Assembly (NCBI GenBank): GCA_000004695.1 | Contig: CM000154.2 | Location: forward strand, 2,688,001-2,752,000 | DNA length: 64,000 bases | Source: Dictyostelium discoideum | Taxonomy: Eukaryota | Reading direction: 5' to 3' | Shown here: piece by piece, positions 40,693 to 51,033 of the stretch | Layout: every line of letters begins with the position of its first letter | How positions within the stretch are numbered: position 1 is the stretch's first letter | The notes under the pieces: generated by a model | The model's input: only the letters and a program-made list of their open reading frames with translations | The model's database searches: none | What the model was told of the DNA's origin: nothing | Translations under genes and position numbers: made by a program

Positions 40693-41790
40693 ATGAATAA
40701 ATTGGCAAATACAATAATGACAGAATCAACAGAAACATTGGCAGATAAAATCAAGAAATCAAATGAACTCAGAACAAAGTTCAAATATTTAAAAAATACG
40801 TACAGAACACTTGATAAAATAAGCGAAGCAATATACCACACTCAAATTGAACTAAAACAATATAAATTCATGATCAATATCCCAGATGAGATTTCCAACA
40901 ACTTAAAAGCAGAATTGGAAATTCATTTACAAGGAGATGATAAGATAATAATAAGTAAGAATAAATTCAAAATCCTAACTGACTGCAGAACTCAAGTAAT
41001 CAAGTACTCTAACGTTTTCAACGGAGTACTAAAAGGAGTTCACAGAGCAATAATAAAACCAAAAAAGATCTTCAAAACATTCAACTGGGAAAAATCAATG
41101 GACATAGTAGAAAAAACATTGCATGAAGAAGGACTGGAAATAATCAAATTAGATAATTTAGGTGAAAACCTGATAATACACTCATTCAACTCAATTATCA
41201 GTCCAGAGCACAAAGACCAGCTAATACATTGTAAACACATAACAATACTATTCCTCACTACAACAGAAGAAACAAAAAATCAAAGAAAAACAAATAAGGA
41301 AATCGAAGACGAAATCTCAGAAAATTCAAAAATCACGGAACTACCAAATCCCGAGATAAAGGAAAACACAAGAATAAACATAAAATCAAAAGAAGAATCC
41401 AACCATAAAAACACTAGCGAATCAAAAAATAACAACAAAAACAAAATAGAAAACAGAAAAGAAAATAATAAAGAAATCAATAATGACAACATCAAAGACA
41501 AGAGCAAAAACGAAAAAGTAAAGGAAAACGAAATTGAAAATAAAAAACCCACAACAATTAGAGCAACTACAACAACCACAACGACAGAAACGACAAACAC
41601 AATAAACAATATTGAAAAGAGAAAAGTACTTCGTGTCCCACCAATAACAGTAACATATAGTGTTGACAGCAAAGAGAAAAGGAAAATGGAGTTAACTGAA
41701 GATGAAGAAGCATTAGAAGTGGTAAGAAAGATGTTCGAAAATGAAGAAGAGAACAGAATTTTTGAAGAAAAAATAAATAACCTGTTGTAG
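40693..41790 (+). CDS. Retroelement ORF1-like protein (365 aa, Lys/Asn/Glu/Thr-rich); function unassigned
   Basis: Intact ORF MNKLANTIMTESTETLADKIKKSNELRTKFKYLKNTYRTLDKISEAIYHTQIELKQYKFMINIPDEISNNLKAELEIHLQGDDKIIISKNKFKILTDCRTQ.. It has A-richer coding composition than neighbouring host genes. It is flanked upstream by duplicated modules and downstream by hairpin repeats plus oligo(A), and sits next to a tRNA gene. Confidence 0.35.
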   Translation: MNKLANTIMTESTETLADKIKKSNELRTKFKYLKNTYRTLDKISEAIYHTQIELKQYKFMINIPDEISNNLKAELEIHLQGDDKIIISKNKFKILTDCRTQVIKYSNVFNGVLKGVHRAIIKPKKIFKTFNWEKSMDIVEKTLHEEGLEIIKLDNLGENLIIHSFNSIISPEHKDQLIHCKHITILFLTTTEETKNQRKTNKEIEDEISENSKITELPNPEIKENTRINIKSKEESNHKNTSESKNNNKNKIENRKENNKEINNDNIKDKSKNEKVKENEIENKKPTTIRATTTTTTTETTNTINNIEKRKVLRVPPITVTYSVDSKEKRKMELTEDEEALEVVRKMFENEEENRIFEEKINNLL

Positions 41791-41985
41791 GGAATTTTCC
41801 ATAAAATTTCACTACAGTAGCGTAGTGAATTTTATTATTTAATTTCACTACAGTAGCGTAGTGAAAAAAAAAAATCACTGACCTTAAATTTTTTTTTTTT
41901 TCAAAAAACAAATAAAGTTTATTAAATTGAAATTTTATTTTTTGTTTTAATTATTATTTTATTTATTTTTATTATAATTATTGTT

Positions 41986-42025
<40 letters not shown>

Positions 42026-42066
42026 CAATTTTTTTTTTTAAATTTTTTTCAATTTTTATTTGTTTA

Positions 42067-42166
42067 NNNNNNNNNNNNNNNNNNNNNNNNNNNNNNNNNN
42101 NNNNNNNNNNNNNNNNNNNNNNNNNNNNNNNNNNNNNNNNNNNNNNNNNNNNNNNNNNNNNNNNNN
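42067..42166. other. Assembly gap (100 N)
   Basis: A run of exactly 100 n characters. The true length and content are unknown. It lies inside the repeat-rich retroelement region. Confidence 0.99.
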
Positions 42167-42790
42167 ACCTTAAAAATTACCTTTAAAATTACCTTTAAAA
42201 TTACCTTTTTAATGGCTTTAAAAGCGAGGTCCTGAGTTCGAATCCGTTATTTAACGGATAAATTTTTTAAAATTTTTTTTTTAATTTTTCAAAAATTACC
42301 CAAAAGGGATTCGATCCCCCGACCCTCTATCAAAGGGTAGTCTCATCAACCATTACACCATTTGATTGCTTTGATGAAAAATTTAAAAATGATAGAATAT
42401 TTTATCCCCATTTTTTTGTGCTAAAATTAGATCTTTTTTATTAAAAACCTTAAATTTATGTTTAAAGGAAATTTAAATTCACTTTAAATCTACTTTTAAT
42501 CTACTTTAAATCCTATTTAAAATTAATTTAAAATAAATTTTAAAGGTATTTTTAAATATCTTAAAAATTATCTTAAAAATTACCTTAAAAATCACCTTTA
42601 AAATCACCTTTAAAATCACCTTTAAAATTGCTTAAAAATTTATTTTAAAGCAAATTTTAAAGGCATTTTTAAATATCTTAAAAATTACCTTAAAAATTAC
42701 CTTAAAAATGAATTTTTTAAACGCGGCTTTAAATTCAATTTAAATCCAATTTAAATCAACTTTTCTTTAAATTTGCTTTAAAGGTGCATT
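42167..42790 (+). repeat. Arrays of tandem short AT-rich repeats (units ACCTTTAAAATT / TACCTTAAAAAT / TCACCTTTAAAA / AATTTAAATCCA)
   Basis: ACCTTTAAAATT repeats three times at 42171-42208. TTACCTTAAAAAT / TCACCTTTAAAA repeat three times at 42560-42640 and again at 42680-42710. AATT(C/T)AATTTAAATC repeats at 42460-42530 and 42730-42770. The arrays flank tRNA-like fragments. Confidence 0.7.
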
Positions 42791-43079
42791 TTTCTTTGCT
42801 GTGAAATAAAATTCAACGATAACACTACAATAATAACAGAGAACCAAATAATTCATAAAATCAAAAAAGCGAGAGATGCCGAATGGGATAGAACAAGAAA
42901 GATAGTAGAAAAACAACTACGTCAAGAACTAAGATGCACTGATAACCGAGAGTCAATCAATCGGACCGCATCAATAAAAAGAAGACTCGAAAAATTCAGC
43001 CACAACTGGAACTCGAAACTCATGACCATAAACATCCCGGAACACTTCATACCATACTGCTCATATAACACCAACTACT

Positions 43080-43113
<34 letters not shown>

Positions 43114-43197
43114 ATAACAATAATAATAATAATAATAATAATATAATAATAATAATATAATAATAATAATAATAATAATAAAAATAAGAATAACAAG

Positions 43198-43241
<44 letters not shown>

Positions 43242-43269
43242 AAACTCTCCTAGAACACACTCAAATTGA

Positions 43270-43641
43270 GTGATGTTATTAAAAAAAAAAAAAATTTTAA
43301 TAAAATTTCCAATTCAAATAACCTCTAGGCAAATCTTTGAAGCGATCTGGAAAAAAAGAAACAAATTTAAACATGATAACACAACCATACTCATCCACAA
43401 AGAGCAAATAATAAACACACTCAAAAAAACTCAAAAAGCTGCATGGGACAAAACAATATCAAACATTAACAAACTAATCAGAATACGAACCAACAACCAA
43501 GGAGATGAAAAGAAAAAAACACAAACAATCTCAAGAGCACTCCAATATGTCAGCAAACAATGGAACTCCCCACTCAACAAATCAAAATTACCACCACACT
43601 TAAACCAATTGATCACTACCATTAACACACTCTTTGGGTAA
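43270..43641 (+). CDS. Short retroelement-associated ORF (123 aa), paralogous to an ORF fragment at 42833..43083; possibly 5'-truncated element 3' ends
   Basis: 43270-ORF ..HDNTTILIHKEQIINTLKKTQKAAWDKTISNINKLIRIRTNN..VSKQWNSPLNKSKLPPHL aligns with 42833-frame ..NNTTIITENQIIHKIKKARDAEWDRTRKIVEKQLRQELRCTDN..FSHNWNSKLMTINIPEHF. Each ends at a stop followed by an A-rich or (ATA)n tract. Confidence 0.3.
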   Translation: MMLLKKKKILIKFPIQITSRQIFEAIWKKRNKFKHDNTTILIHKEQIINTLKKTQKAAWDKTISNINKLIRIRTNNQGDEKKKTQTISRALQYVSKQWNSPLNKSKLPPHLNQLITTINTLFG

Positions 43642-44078
43642 AAAATAAATAAATAAATAAATAAGTAAATAAATAAGTAAATAATCAATAATAATAATAA
43701 TAATAATATTAATAACAACAAAATAATAGCAATATAACAACAAAAAAAAAAAATAAAAAATAAAAAAAAAAAAAAAAAAATAATAATAAAAGGAAACTAA
43801 CCCTCTTTCAGAGGCCCTGTAAATATATTACAAATAAAATGAGATCAAGGAGATGCAACTCAGAATTGGGCTATCCCATTCAACAAAACAAAATTAATAA
43901 AATATTTAAAAAGATTAAATTAAAATAACAAACCAAGTTGGAAATGGTCCTTTAATTGTAAAAAAAAAACCTAACAATATTCATTACCACACATCCCACA
44001 CCCAAGAAATAATACTTTACTTTTTAAAATACATAAATAAAATTATTAATTATTGTTTATTTCCTTTAATGGATAAAC

Positions 44079-44135
<57 letters not shown>

Positions 44136-44173
44136 AACCAATCTGGATTGGGAAATCAATTTTTATTTTTTTA

Positions 44174-47100
44174 TTAATTACTTTTAATTTGTTTTGGAGT
44201 TATATCAAGACCAATTACATTTTGAATGAAATCTAAAATATGATGTTGTTTATGATAATGACATTCTAAAATTAATTTTTTAAAACTAATTTTTGAGAGG
44301 AAACCTTTTCTAGCGAATAATAAAGATTTCTTATCGAAAATGAATTGATGATTATAAAAAATATGTTGAAAGATATTAATTCTACCATAGATCGAAGCTT
44401 TTGATAGAAGAGAAGAGAAATGACGTTGACATTGTGAGAAACAAGCTCTAGATTCTCTTTCATCTTTATCGAGTAAAGTTAGTAACTCTGATTGTTGTTT
44501 CATTAGGGGTATACAAGATCTGATGTATTTTTCAAGTGCGACGACATCACCATATTTACCAATATCATCCAATACCAACGCCAAACCAACTGGCATAATT
44601 TTCTTTGAACCTTCATTAGTATCATCATAGTAATAACCTTTTCTTAATACGATATCCAATCTACCAGCTCTGTACAACATATGACTTTGAACGGATTGAG
44701 TTATAACACATCTACCACCAATTAATAAATCTTCACTACGATTTTCAAATATCCAATCAAAGAATCTTTTAAGATGAGTTGATTCTTGAAACATTTGTTC
44801 TGGATAATATTTTAATTCTGTACCTTCCAAAATGGTTGAAAAACTTGAAATTATCTCTTGGAAAATTAATTGTCTCTCTATATTTAAATTTAATAATGGT
44901 TCACCCGATGAAGTAGTTGGTGATAGTATTGCAGAGAGTAATAGAATTTCATTGGTTACAATTGTATATAAACCATATGGATCTTCAACTATATAAGCCA
45001 ACATTTTCAAATAGTTATTATAATTCTTTAAAGAAGAACCCCATTCAAATATGAAATGAAAATCATCGAATGAAGCTCTAACTTTTTTATTTGATACAAT
45101 TATACCTTTATCCATATCATCAAGTACCATTAATTGATCATATTTTCTTAATAGTTCAACATTTTGAAAACCATAAAAATCGGCTGTTAAAGAATTTGAT
45201 TGTGGTAAATAAAAATGATCTCTAAAATTTGAAAAACAAAATTCTAACATTTCAATTGATCTAATAAATCTTGGAATTTTTAAATTATAAATTTCACTAT
45301 TACTTTTTGCAATATAACAAAAATTTGAAATTAATGGAAATTCTTTAATAACAATTGATAATAATTCTAAATTATTATTTTCAATTATTAAATAAAATAA
45401 TAATAATCTATCTAAAATTCCACCAATTACTGTACCACCATTACCATTACCATTACCATTACTATTACCATTTTCAATTGATGAATTATAAATTTTTTTT
45501 ATAAATTTTAATTGTTTATTTAAATTATTTGGTGAAACATATTTAAATAAAAGATTTGGAGTGATTTCATTACGATATTTATTTGAAAGGAAAGCATATT
45601 TCATTTCAACTTCTTTATATTCAATCCAATAACCTGGTGAACCATATTTTAAAGATTGTTTAAAACAATTTGAATCAAAAACTCTGGTTACTCTATAATC
45701 GAATAGATCTTCATCATCCAAGTCTTGATCATAACAATTTTCATTACCATAGATTATTTTATACATAAAATTACAATAAACTTTTAGATGTGGATTAAGT
45801 GAAACGTAAAGTTCAGCTAACCTCTTTATACCATCATAATCTTCTTTTTCACCATCTTTTAATAACTGTTTTTGAATAACCTTTTTAACAAAACAATGTT
45901 TTTCTTCTTTTGTAATTTGAGTTTCAATAAATTCAATCTCTGCCATTGTATTGATTGTAAATGATGCTTGAGTAATCTCTTCCTCTTCTTCATTATCACT
46001 ATCTTCATAATGTCTTTTATAATATTGTTGTTGATATTGATTCTTTAAATCAAATGTAACAATTAGTTTACATGAATTTATTAATTGTTTAATTGTAAAT
46101 TGATTAAATACTGTTTTAGTTTTAATTTTTGAATATTCAATTGTATTATTTGATAAATTTGAATTATTATTATTATTGTTATTATTATTATTGTTATTAT
46201 TGTTATTGTTATTATTATTATTATTATTGATATTATTATTATTATTATTATTAATATTATTATTAAAAGTAAAAGAATTTAATAAATTTGAATAATTGAA
46301 AATTTGATTTTTTAAATTTTTATTAAATTGTAAAATATCATTTTCATTATTATCATTAATTAATTTTGCATCGGCAATTACTAAATTTATAATATTTGAA
46401 TAAGTGAATAATCTTAATTGAATTAATAAATTAATGATTTTAATTGATGGATTATTAATTTTTGAAAACATTTCAATATCAAATGGTTTATTATTTGGAT
46501 TTAATGACATTTGACGATGAATGGTTGTTACGATTAATTTCACCATTTTATAAGACCCACTCTTAATAGCCAATTGTAATGAATGATTCATAACTGGTCT
46601 AAATTGGAATTCCGATATCAATAGCTTTGTTGCAACCAAACAATTACATTCAATAGCTAATGAACCAACTAAATAAATATCGATTGGATATCTTTTATTA
46701 ATTCTATCAAATATGAATTCTGAATAATTTGTAAAGAGGTCCCTATAGAATGACTTATCTTGAATGGATCGAATTGAATTGAAAATCTTTTTAAACATTT
46801 TACAAAATTCATATTTTGTATTTTGATCTTCATCATCATTCACATCACCATCATTAATGGTATTATGATTACAAAATACCAATAAATCACCTCTACTAAC
46901 TTTATATTTTAATAATCCGAAATAATTTGAATCTACAATCCAAGATACATGAATGATTTGATCATATTTAAATGTTTTACTAAATATATAATTATAACAA
47001 TAAAAGAATTTATCATCACTTGAGGTCATTGGTGAGGATGATGATGACGTTGTTGTCATGGTACTTTGTTGTTGTTGTTGTTGTTGTTGCTGTTGATCAA

Positions 47101-48382
47101 AGAAACCACCTCTTGATAAATTACCAATAATCTTTCTAAATAATACAATATTTCTAAAAATTCTCCAAAATAATTGTTCTAAATGTTCAATATCTTTAAT
47201 TGGTAAATCATAGATTGTACTATTGTTTACTAATTTTTTTGAATTTGATTTTTGTTGTTGATTCTTTTCACTTTGATATTCTCTATACTTTTGTTTCTTT
47301 TTCTTATGATTTTCAATGAATGATTTAATCCTCTGAAATGTTTCACCCTTTGTATTGTTACCCATTGGGACACCCAAAGTTTTACCAATTTTTCTTAATT
47401 CCACTGCTGTTAATTTCTCTAATTTTCTAATATCAATACCTTTTAAAATATTATCTAAATAAATTTCATCATCTTTATATTCATCATTATGATATTCTTT
47501 TTTTCTTTTTAATCTTCTTAATTCATTAATTCTTTCATTTTCTGTTTGTTGTTGTTGTTGTTCTTGTTGTTGTTGTTGTTCTTGTTGTTGTTTTGGTTTT
47601 AACTGTTGGTGTATTTGTGGTAATAATGGTATTGGTGGTGGTGGTGGTTGTTGTTGTTGTTGTTGTTGTGGTGGTGGTTGTTTAGATTTTTGTTGAATTT
47701 GTTGTAAAGATTGTGAAGAAAGTTGTTGTTGTAATTGTGATTGAGATGATTGCTTTTTTAATTGTGATACATGAATTTGTTGTGAGAATCTATTATTTGG
47801 TGGTACGAAATTTTGATGAGTATTTATTAATTCTTGATAATCATTATGTCTCTCTAATAAATCTAATTGCTCTTGATTTCTTCTTTGTAAAAGTTGTTGT
47901 CTCTCTAAAATTTGTTGTCTTTGAATTTGTTGTTGAATTTCAATTTGAGTTTGATACTCTTCTTTTGAAATCTTTAAATTATTAATATCATTATCATTTT
48001 CATTTGAATTATTATTATTAGGAAGAGGAGAAGGAGTAGAAGAAAGAGAAGGAGTATTTAAATTATTTTGAATAATTAAATTATTTATAATTGGTGGCGA
48101 TACAATTTGTGGTGGTTGTACAGTTGTTGTGGTTGTTGTGGTTGTTGTGGTTGTTGTTGTAGTTTTTGTTGTTGGCAATATTGTTGGAGGTGCTATTGTA
48201 GTTGTTTGTGGTGGTGATGGTGGTGATGGCGGTGATACAATTTGTGGTGGTTGTACAGTTGTTGTTGTTACATTAGATATTGGTTTTGGTTGGAAAATGT
48301 TTTCATTATTTTTTATAAAATTTATTTGTGGTGGTGCCACAGTTGTGGTATGAGGTTTTTTCGAAGCCTCTATATCTTTCAT
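44174..48382 (-). CDS. Large low-complexity protein (1402 aa) with a SAP DNA-binding motif; function unknown
   Basis: Single long ORF. The N-terminus has Thr/Pro repeats (TVQPPQIVSPP twice, Thr14). There are polyQ blocks and a SAP-like helix-loop-helix LEKLTAVELRKIGKTLGVPMGNNTKGETFQRIKSF. A central polyN (>40 residues) is present. The C-terminal 600 aa is non-repetitive (..YPIDIYLVGSLAIECNCLVATKLL.., ..GRCVITQSVQSHMLYRAGRLDIVLRKGYYYDD..) with no motif I can assign. Confidence 0.7.
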   Translation of the reverse strand: MKDIEASKKPHTTTVAPPQINFIKNNENIFQPKPISNVTTTTVQPPQIVSPPSPPSPPQTTTIAPPTILPTTKTTTTTTTTTTTTTTVQPPQIVSPPIINNLIIQNNLNTPSLSSTPSPLPNNNNSNENDNDINNLKISKEEYQTQIEIQQQIQRQQILERQQLLQRRNQEQLDLLERHNDYQELINTHQNFVPPNNRFSQQIHVSQLKKQSSQSQLQQQLSSQSLQQIQQKSKQPPPQQQQQQQPPPPPIPLLPQIHQQLKPKQQQEQQQQQEQQQQQTENERINELRRLKRKKEYHNDEYKDDEIYLDNILKGIDIRKLEKLTAVELRKIGKTLGVPMGNNTKGETFQRIKSFIENHKKKKQKYREYQSEKNQQQKSNSKKLVNNSTIYDLPIKDIEHLEQLFWRIFRNIVLFRKIIGNLSRGGFFDQQQQQQQQQQSTMTTTSSSSSPMTSSDDKFFYCYNYIFSKTFKYDQIIHVSWIVDSNYFGLLKYKVSRGDLLVFCNHNTINDGDVNDDEDQNTKYEFCKMFKKIFNSIRSIQDKSFYRDLFTNYSEFIFDRINKRYPIDIYLVGSLAIECNCLVATKLLISEFQFRPVMNHSLQLAIKSGSYKMVKLIVTTIHRQMSLNPNNKPFDIEMFSKINNPSIKIINLLIQLRLFTYSNIINLVIADAKLINDNNENDILQFNKNLKNQIFNYSNLLNSFTFNNNINNNNNNNINNNNNNNNNNNNNNNNNNNNNNSNLSNNTIEYSKIKTKTVFNQFTIKQLINSCKLIVTFDLKNQYQQQYYKRHYEDSDNEEEEEITQASFTINTMAEIEFIETQITKEEKHCFVKKVIQKQLLKDGEKEDYDGIKRLAELYVSLNPHLKVYCNFMYKIIYGNENCYDQDLDDEDLFDYRVTRVFDSNCFKQSLKYGSPGYWIEYKEVEMKYAFLSNKYRNEITPNLLFKYVSPNNLNKQLKFIKKIYNSSIENGNSNGNGNGNGGTVIGGILDRLLLFYLIIENNNLELLSIVIKEFPLISNFCYIAKSNSEIYNLKIPRFIRSIEMLEFCFSNFRDHFYLPQSNSLTADFYGFQNVELLRKYDQLMVLDDMDKGIIVSNKKVRASFDDFHFIFEWGSSLKNYNNYLKMLAYIVEDPYGLYTIVTNEILLLSAILSPTTSSGEPLLNLNIERQLIFQEIISSFSTILEGTELKYYPEQMFQESTHLKRFFDWIFENRSEDLLIGGRCVITQSVQSHMLYRAGRLDIVLRKGYYYDDTNEGSKKIMPVGLALVLDDIGKYGDVVALEKYIRSCIPLMKQQSELLTLLDKDERESRACFSQCQRHFSSLLSKASIYGRINIFQHIFYNHQFIFDKKSLLFARKGFLSKISFKKLILECHYHKQHHILDFIQNVIGLDITPKQIKSN

Positions 48383-48532
48383 TTTCGTTCGATAAAATTA
48401 AAAAAAAAAAAAATAAAAAAAATAAAAATAAAAATAAAACATTTGCAGAAAAAAAAAAAAAAAAATTCAAAAAAAAATAAAAATAAAAAAAAAAAAAATT
48501 ATTAGTTTTTCTTTATAGATCTTGGTGATTTT

Positions 48533-48563
<31 letters not shown>

Positions 48564-49233
48564 CAATGAAAAAAAAAATAAAAAATTTAAAAAAAATTAA
48601 GATCTTTGATGAGTTAATCATAAATCAATCTTAAAAAAAAAAAAAAAAAAAATATTATTTTCAAATAAAATTAAAATCGAATTAATTTAATTAATAATAA
48701 TTAATAATAAATAAAAAAAAAAATAAAAAAAATTAACTTTTATAAACTTAAAAAAATTATAAAATAAAAAAATAAAAAAAAAGATTTTATTTGAATTAAT
48801 TATTTAAATACATATTTAATACATGTTGTTATTTAAATCATTTTTTTAAGTTTTTTTTTTATATTTTTATTTTTTTTTTTTATTTAAATAATTAAAAATA
48901 TTTCAAACCAAGCTCGCACACACACCAATCATCCACATAAATATATAAAAAAAATAAGAATATCACCACATTTTTTTAATTCTCCATATAAGTACAAAAA
49001 ACTAGTTATGTTTTACACATAAAATCTTCAATTTAAAATTTTATTTTATTTTTTATTTTTTTTTATTTTTTTTATATTTTTTTAATATTAAACTCCCTTT
49101 AAAAAAAAAAAAAAAAACTATTATTTAAAAATAAAATCAAATTAATACATAGAAAATAAAAAATCAAATAATAACATTACAAAAAAAATAAAAAAAATAA
49201 AAAAATTAAGTAAATTATAATTATCGATCTTTG

Positions 49234-49270
<37 letters not shown>

Positions 49271-49274
<4 letters not shown>

Positions 49275-50674
49275 GAGGTGATATTCATCTTTGTTCAATG
49301 ATTTTAGGTAAAAATCATTTAATTTTTTTATATTTTGCAAATTTATTTGGTAGTACATTATCATTTTTAGCAACTATTATTACAATAGTATTTTATTTAG
49401 TTAAAAAATATATTCAAAATAAATCATTTAGAGAAAATCCACACCAATATTGTCATCAACACCAATATTTCGATTCATCAAAACTTAATGAAATTAATAA
49501 TAGTGGAGTTGGTTCATATTCATCAACTCCAATCTCAATTCAAAATAATAATAATAAAAATAATAACCTCCCAAAACAAAAAAATAATGAAAAACAGCCA
49601 TTAATAAATAAAAATCATAATAACTATTGTAATTATTCGACATCAGCAACTTCATCATCATCGAGTTCATCATCATTTTCTTCGACCAATAGTGGATCAT
49701 CATATGAATATCAACAACCACAAAAAAATCAACAAACCCTATCATCATCTGATAAAAACAATACAATTCCATCAACAAATACAAAATATGAAATTGAATT
49801 ATCAATTCCACAATTTAAAGGAAACAAATGTGGGCCAAATTGTTTACTTTTTTCAAATATACCACAAATTAAAAATGCATTAGAACAAAAGAAAAATCCA
49901 AAGAAAATTGACACTTTAATATTTTATCTTTCAATATCAGGTTTGTATAATTTAAATTAATTAATTTATTTATATATATATTAATTATTTTATTTTATTT
50001 TATTTTTTTATATAGATTTTATTGCAGTATCAGGAATAATTATAGAACAATTAATAATTATATTTAATAAAGAGATATCAAAATCAATTGGATTTTGTAT
50101 TGGTGAAAGAGTTTCAATTCATTTTGGATTATTGGCAACATTATTTTGGTCAAATTGTATTGCATATTATTTATTAAGAGAAACTTATGAATTGAAACCA
50201 TATAATATTAGATTTGTTTATTTTCATATAGTTTGTTGGGGTATGGCATTGATTGGTGTTGCAAGTTTATTCTTTTCAAAGATTATAACAGTTTCAAATA
50301 TTGATCAAGGTGGTAGTTGGTGTTCAGTTTCATCATCTTATCAATTATACTTTTGGGTGATACCATTGTTTGTTTCATTCACTTGGAATTTAATATGTTA
50401 TTGTTTAATTTATAGAAAGTTTAATAAAATAATTGGAATTTATGGTATTCAATCAGTACAAATAAAAACAATCATCATTAGAAAACTTTCATTCTATTTA
50501 TTGGCATTTTTAATTACTTGGGTTTGGGATGTAATTAATAATTCAATTTTCTTATATGAAGGAAAATGTCCACCATTTGCACTTTGGATACTTCAAGAAT
50601 TTTTTTCTTCTGGTTATGGATTTTTTAATTCTTTAGCATATGCTGTTACAACTAGATTCTATAGTAGAAAATGA
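49271..50674 (+). CDS. cAMP-receptor-like (cAR/Crl family) 7TM GPCR; exons 49271..49940 and 50016..50674 (acceptor choice tentative)
   Basis: TM1 LIFLYFANLFGSTLSFLATIITIVFYLV. After a long Ser/Asn-rich loop come TM2/TM3 (..CIGERVSIHFGLLATLFWSNCIAYYLL), TM4 VYFHIVCWGMALIGVASLFF, SWCSV, TM5 YFWVIPLFVSFTWNLICYCLIY, TM6 LSFYLLAFLITWVWDVINN and TM7 GYGFFNSLAYAVTTRF. The spacing and motifs (CWG.PLI, WCW, FxxLxxN) parallel Dictyostelium cAR1. A GTTTGT donor lies at 49941. Three in-frame AG acceptors are possible (50014-15, 50026-27, 50032-33). Confidence 0.6.
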
Positions 50675-50985
50675 TTTCTATTATAAATAGAATGAAATAA
50701 TAAAAAAATAATTTGTAAAAAAAAAAAAAAAAAAAAAATAGAATAAATATATAAATATAAAATAATAAAAATAAAATAATAATAAAAAAAAAAAAAAAAA
50801 AAGGTATTAATTCGAATAAATATAAATATAAAATTATAAAAACTAAAATTTAATTCTATCTATTTTATTCGTATAATTTTTTATGAAACTTCAGAAAATA
50901 AAAAAAAAAAAATAAAGACATGAAATTATAGGAATAAAATACATAGAGTTTTTATTTTTAAATGTTGATAATAATTATTATTAAA

Positions 50986-51030
<45 letters not shown>

Positions 51031-51033
51031 CTT

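Larger units (their letters stand above)
40296..44132 (+). mobile_element. Non-LTR retrotransposon-like region immediately 5' of tRNA-Asp. It is probably a tRNA-gene-targeted TRE5-type element and is interrupted by an assembly gap.
   Basis: The region starts about 40 bp upstream of the tRNA-Asp 5' end. It contains two ~80-bp direct repeats at a 197-bp period (40301-40380 and 40498-40578) consistent with duplicated 5' A-modules. It has a 365-aa K/N/E-rich ORF (40693-41790) followed by duplicated perfect hairpins and an A11 tract. After the N-gap come tandem AT-rich 12-15-bp repeats, tRNA-like fragments and two related short ORFs each followed by A-rich tracts. A ~300-bp unique tail ends in a 52-nt poly(A) at 44081-44132. 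The family assignment is from general knowledge of Dictyostelium TRE elements, not a database match. Confidence 0.45.

Noticed and set aside
41040-41911. Minus-strand ORFs (72, 130, 114 aa)
   Set aside because: They are antisense to the retroelement ORF. They have a Leu/Phe/Ser-rich composition from the complementary strand of Lys/Glu/Asn codons.
47713-48505. Plus-strand ORFs (polyVal, Gly/Asp-rich, Lys-rich)
   Set aside because: They are antisense or alternative-frame readings of the Thr/Pro/Gln repeat region at the 5' end of the SAP-domain gene and its poly(A) promoter region.
49494-49914. Minus- and plus-strand small ORFs overlapping the GPCR first exon
   Set aside because: They are antisense or alternative frames within the Ser/Asn-rich low-complexity loop region.
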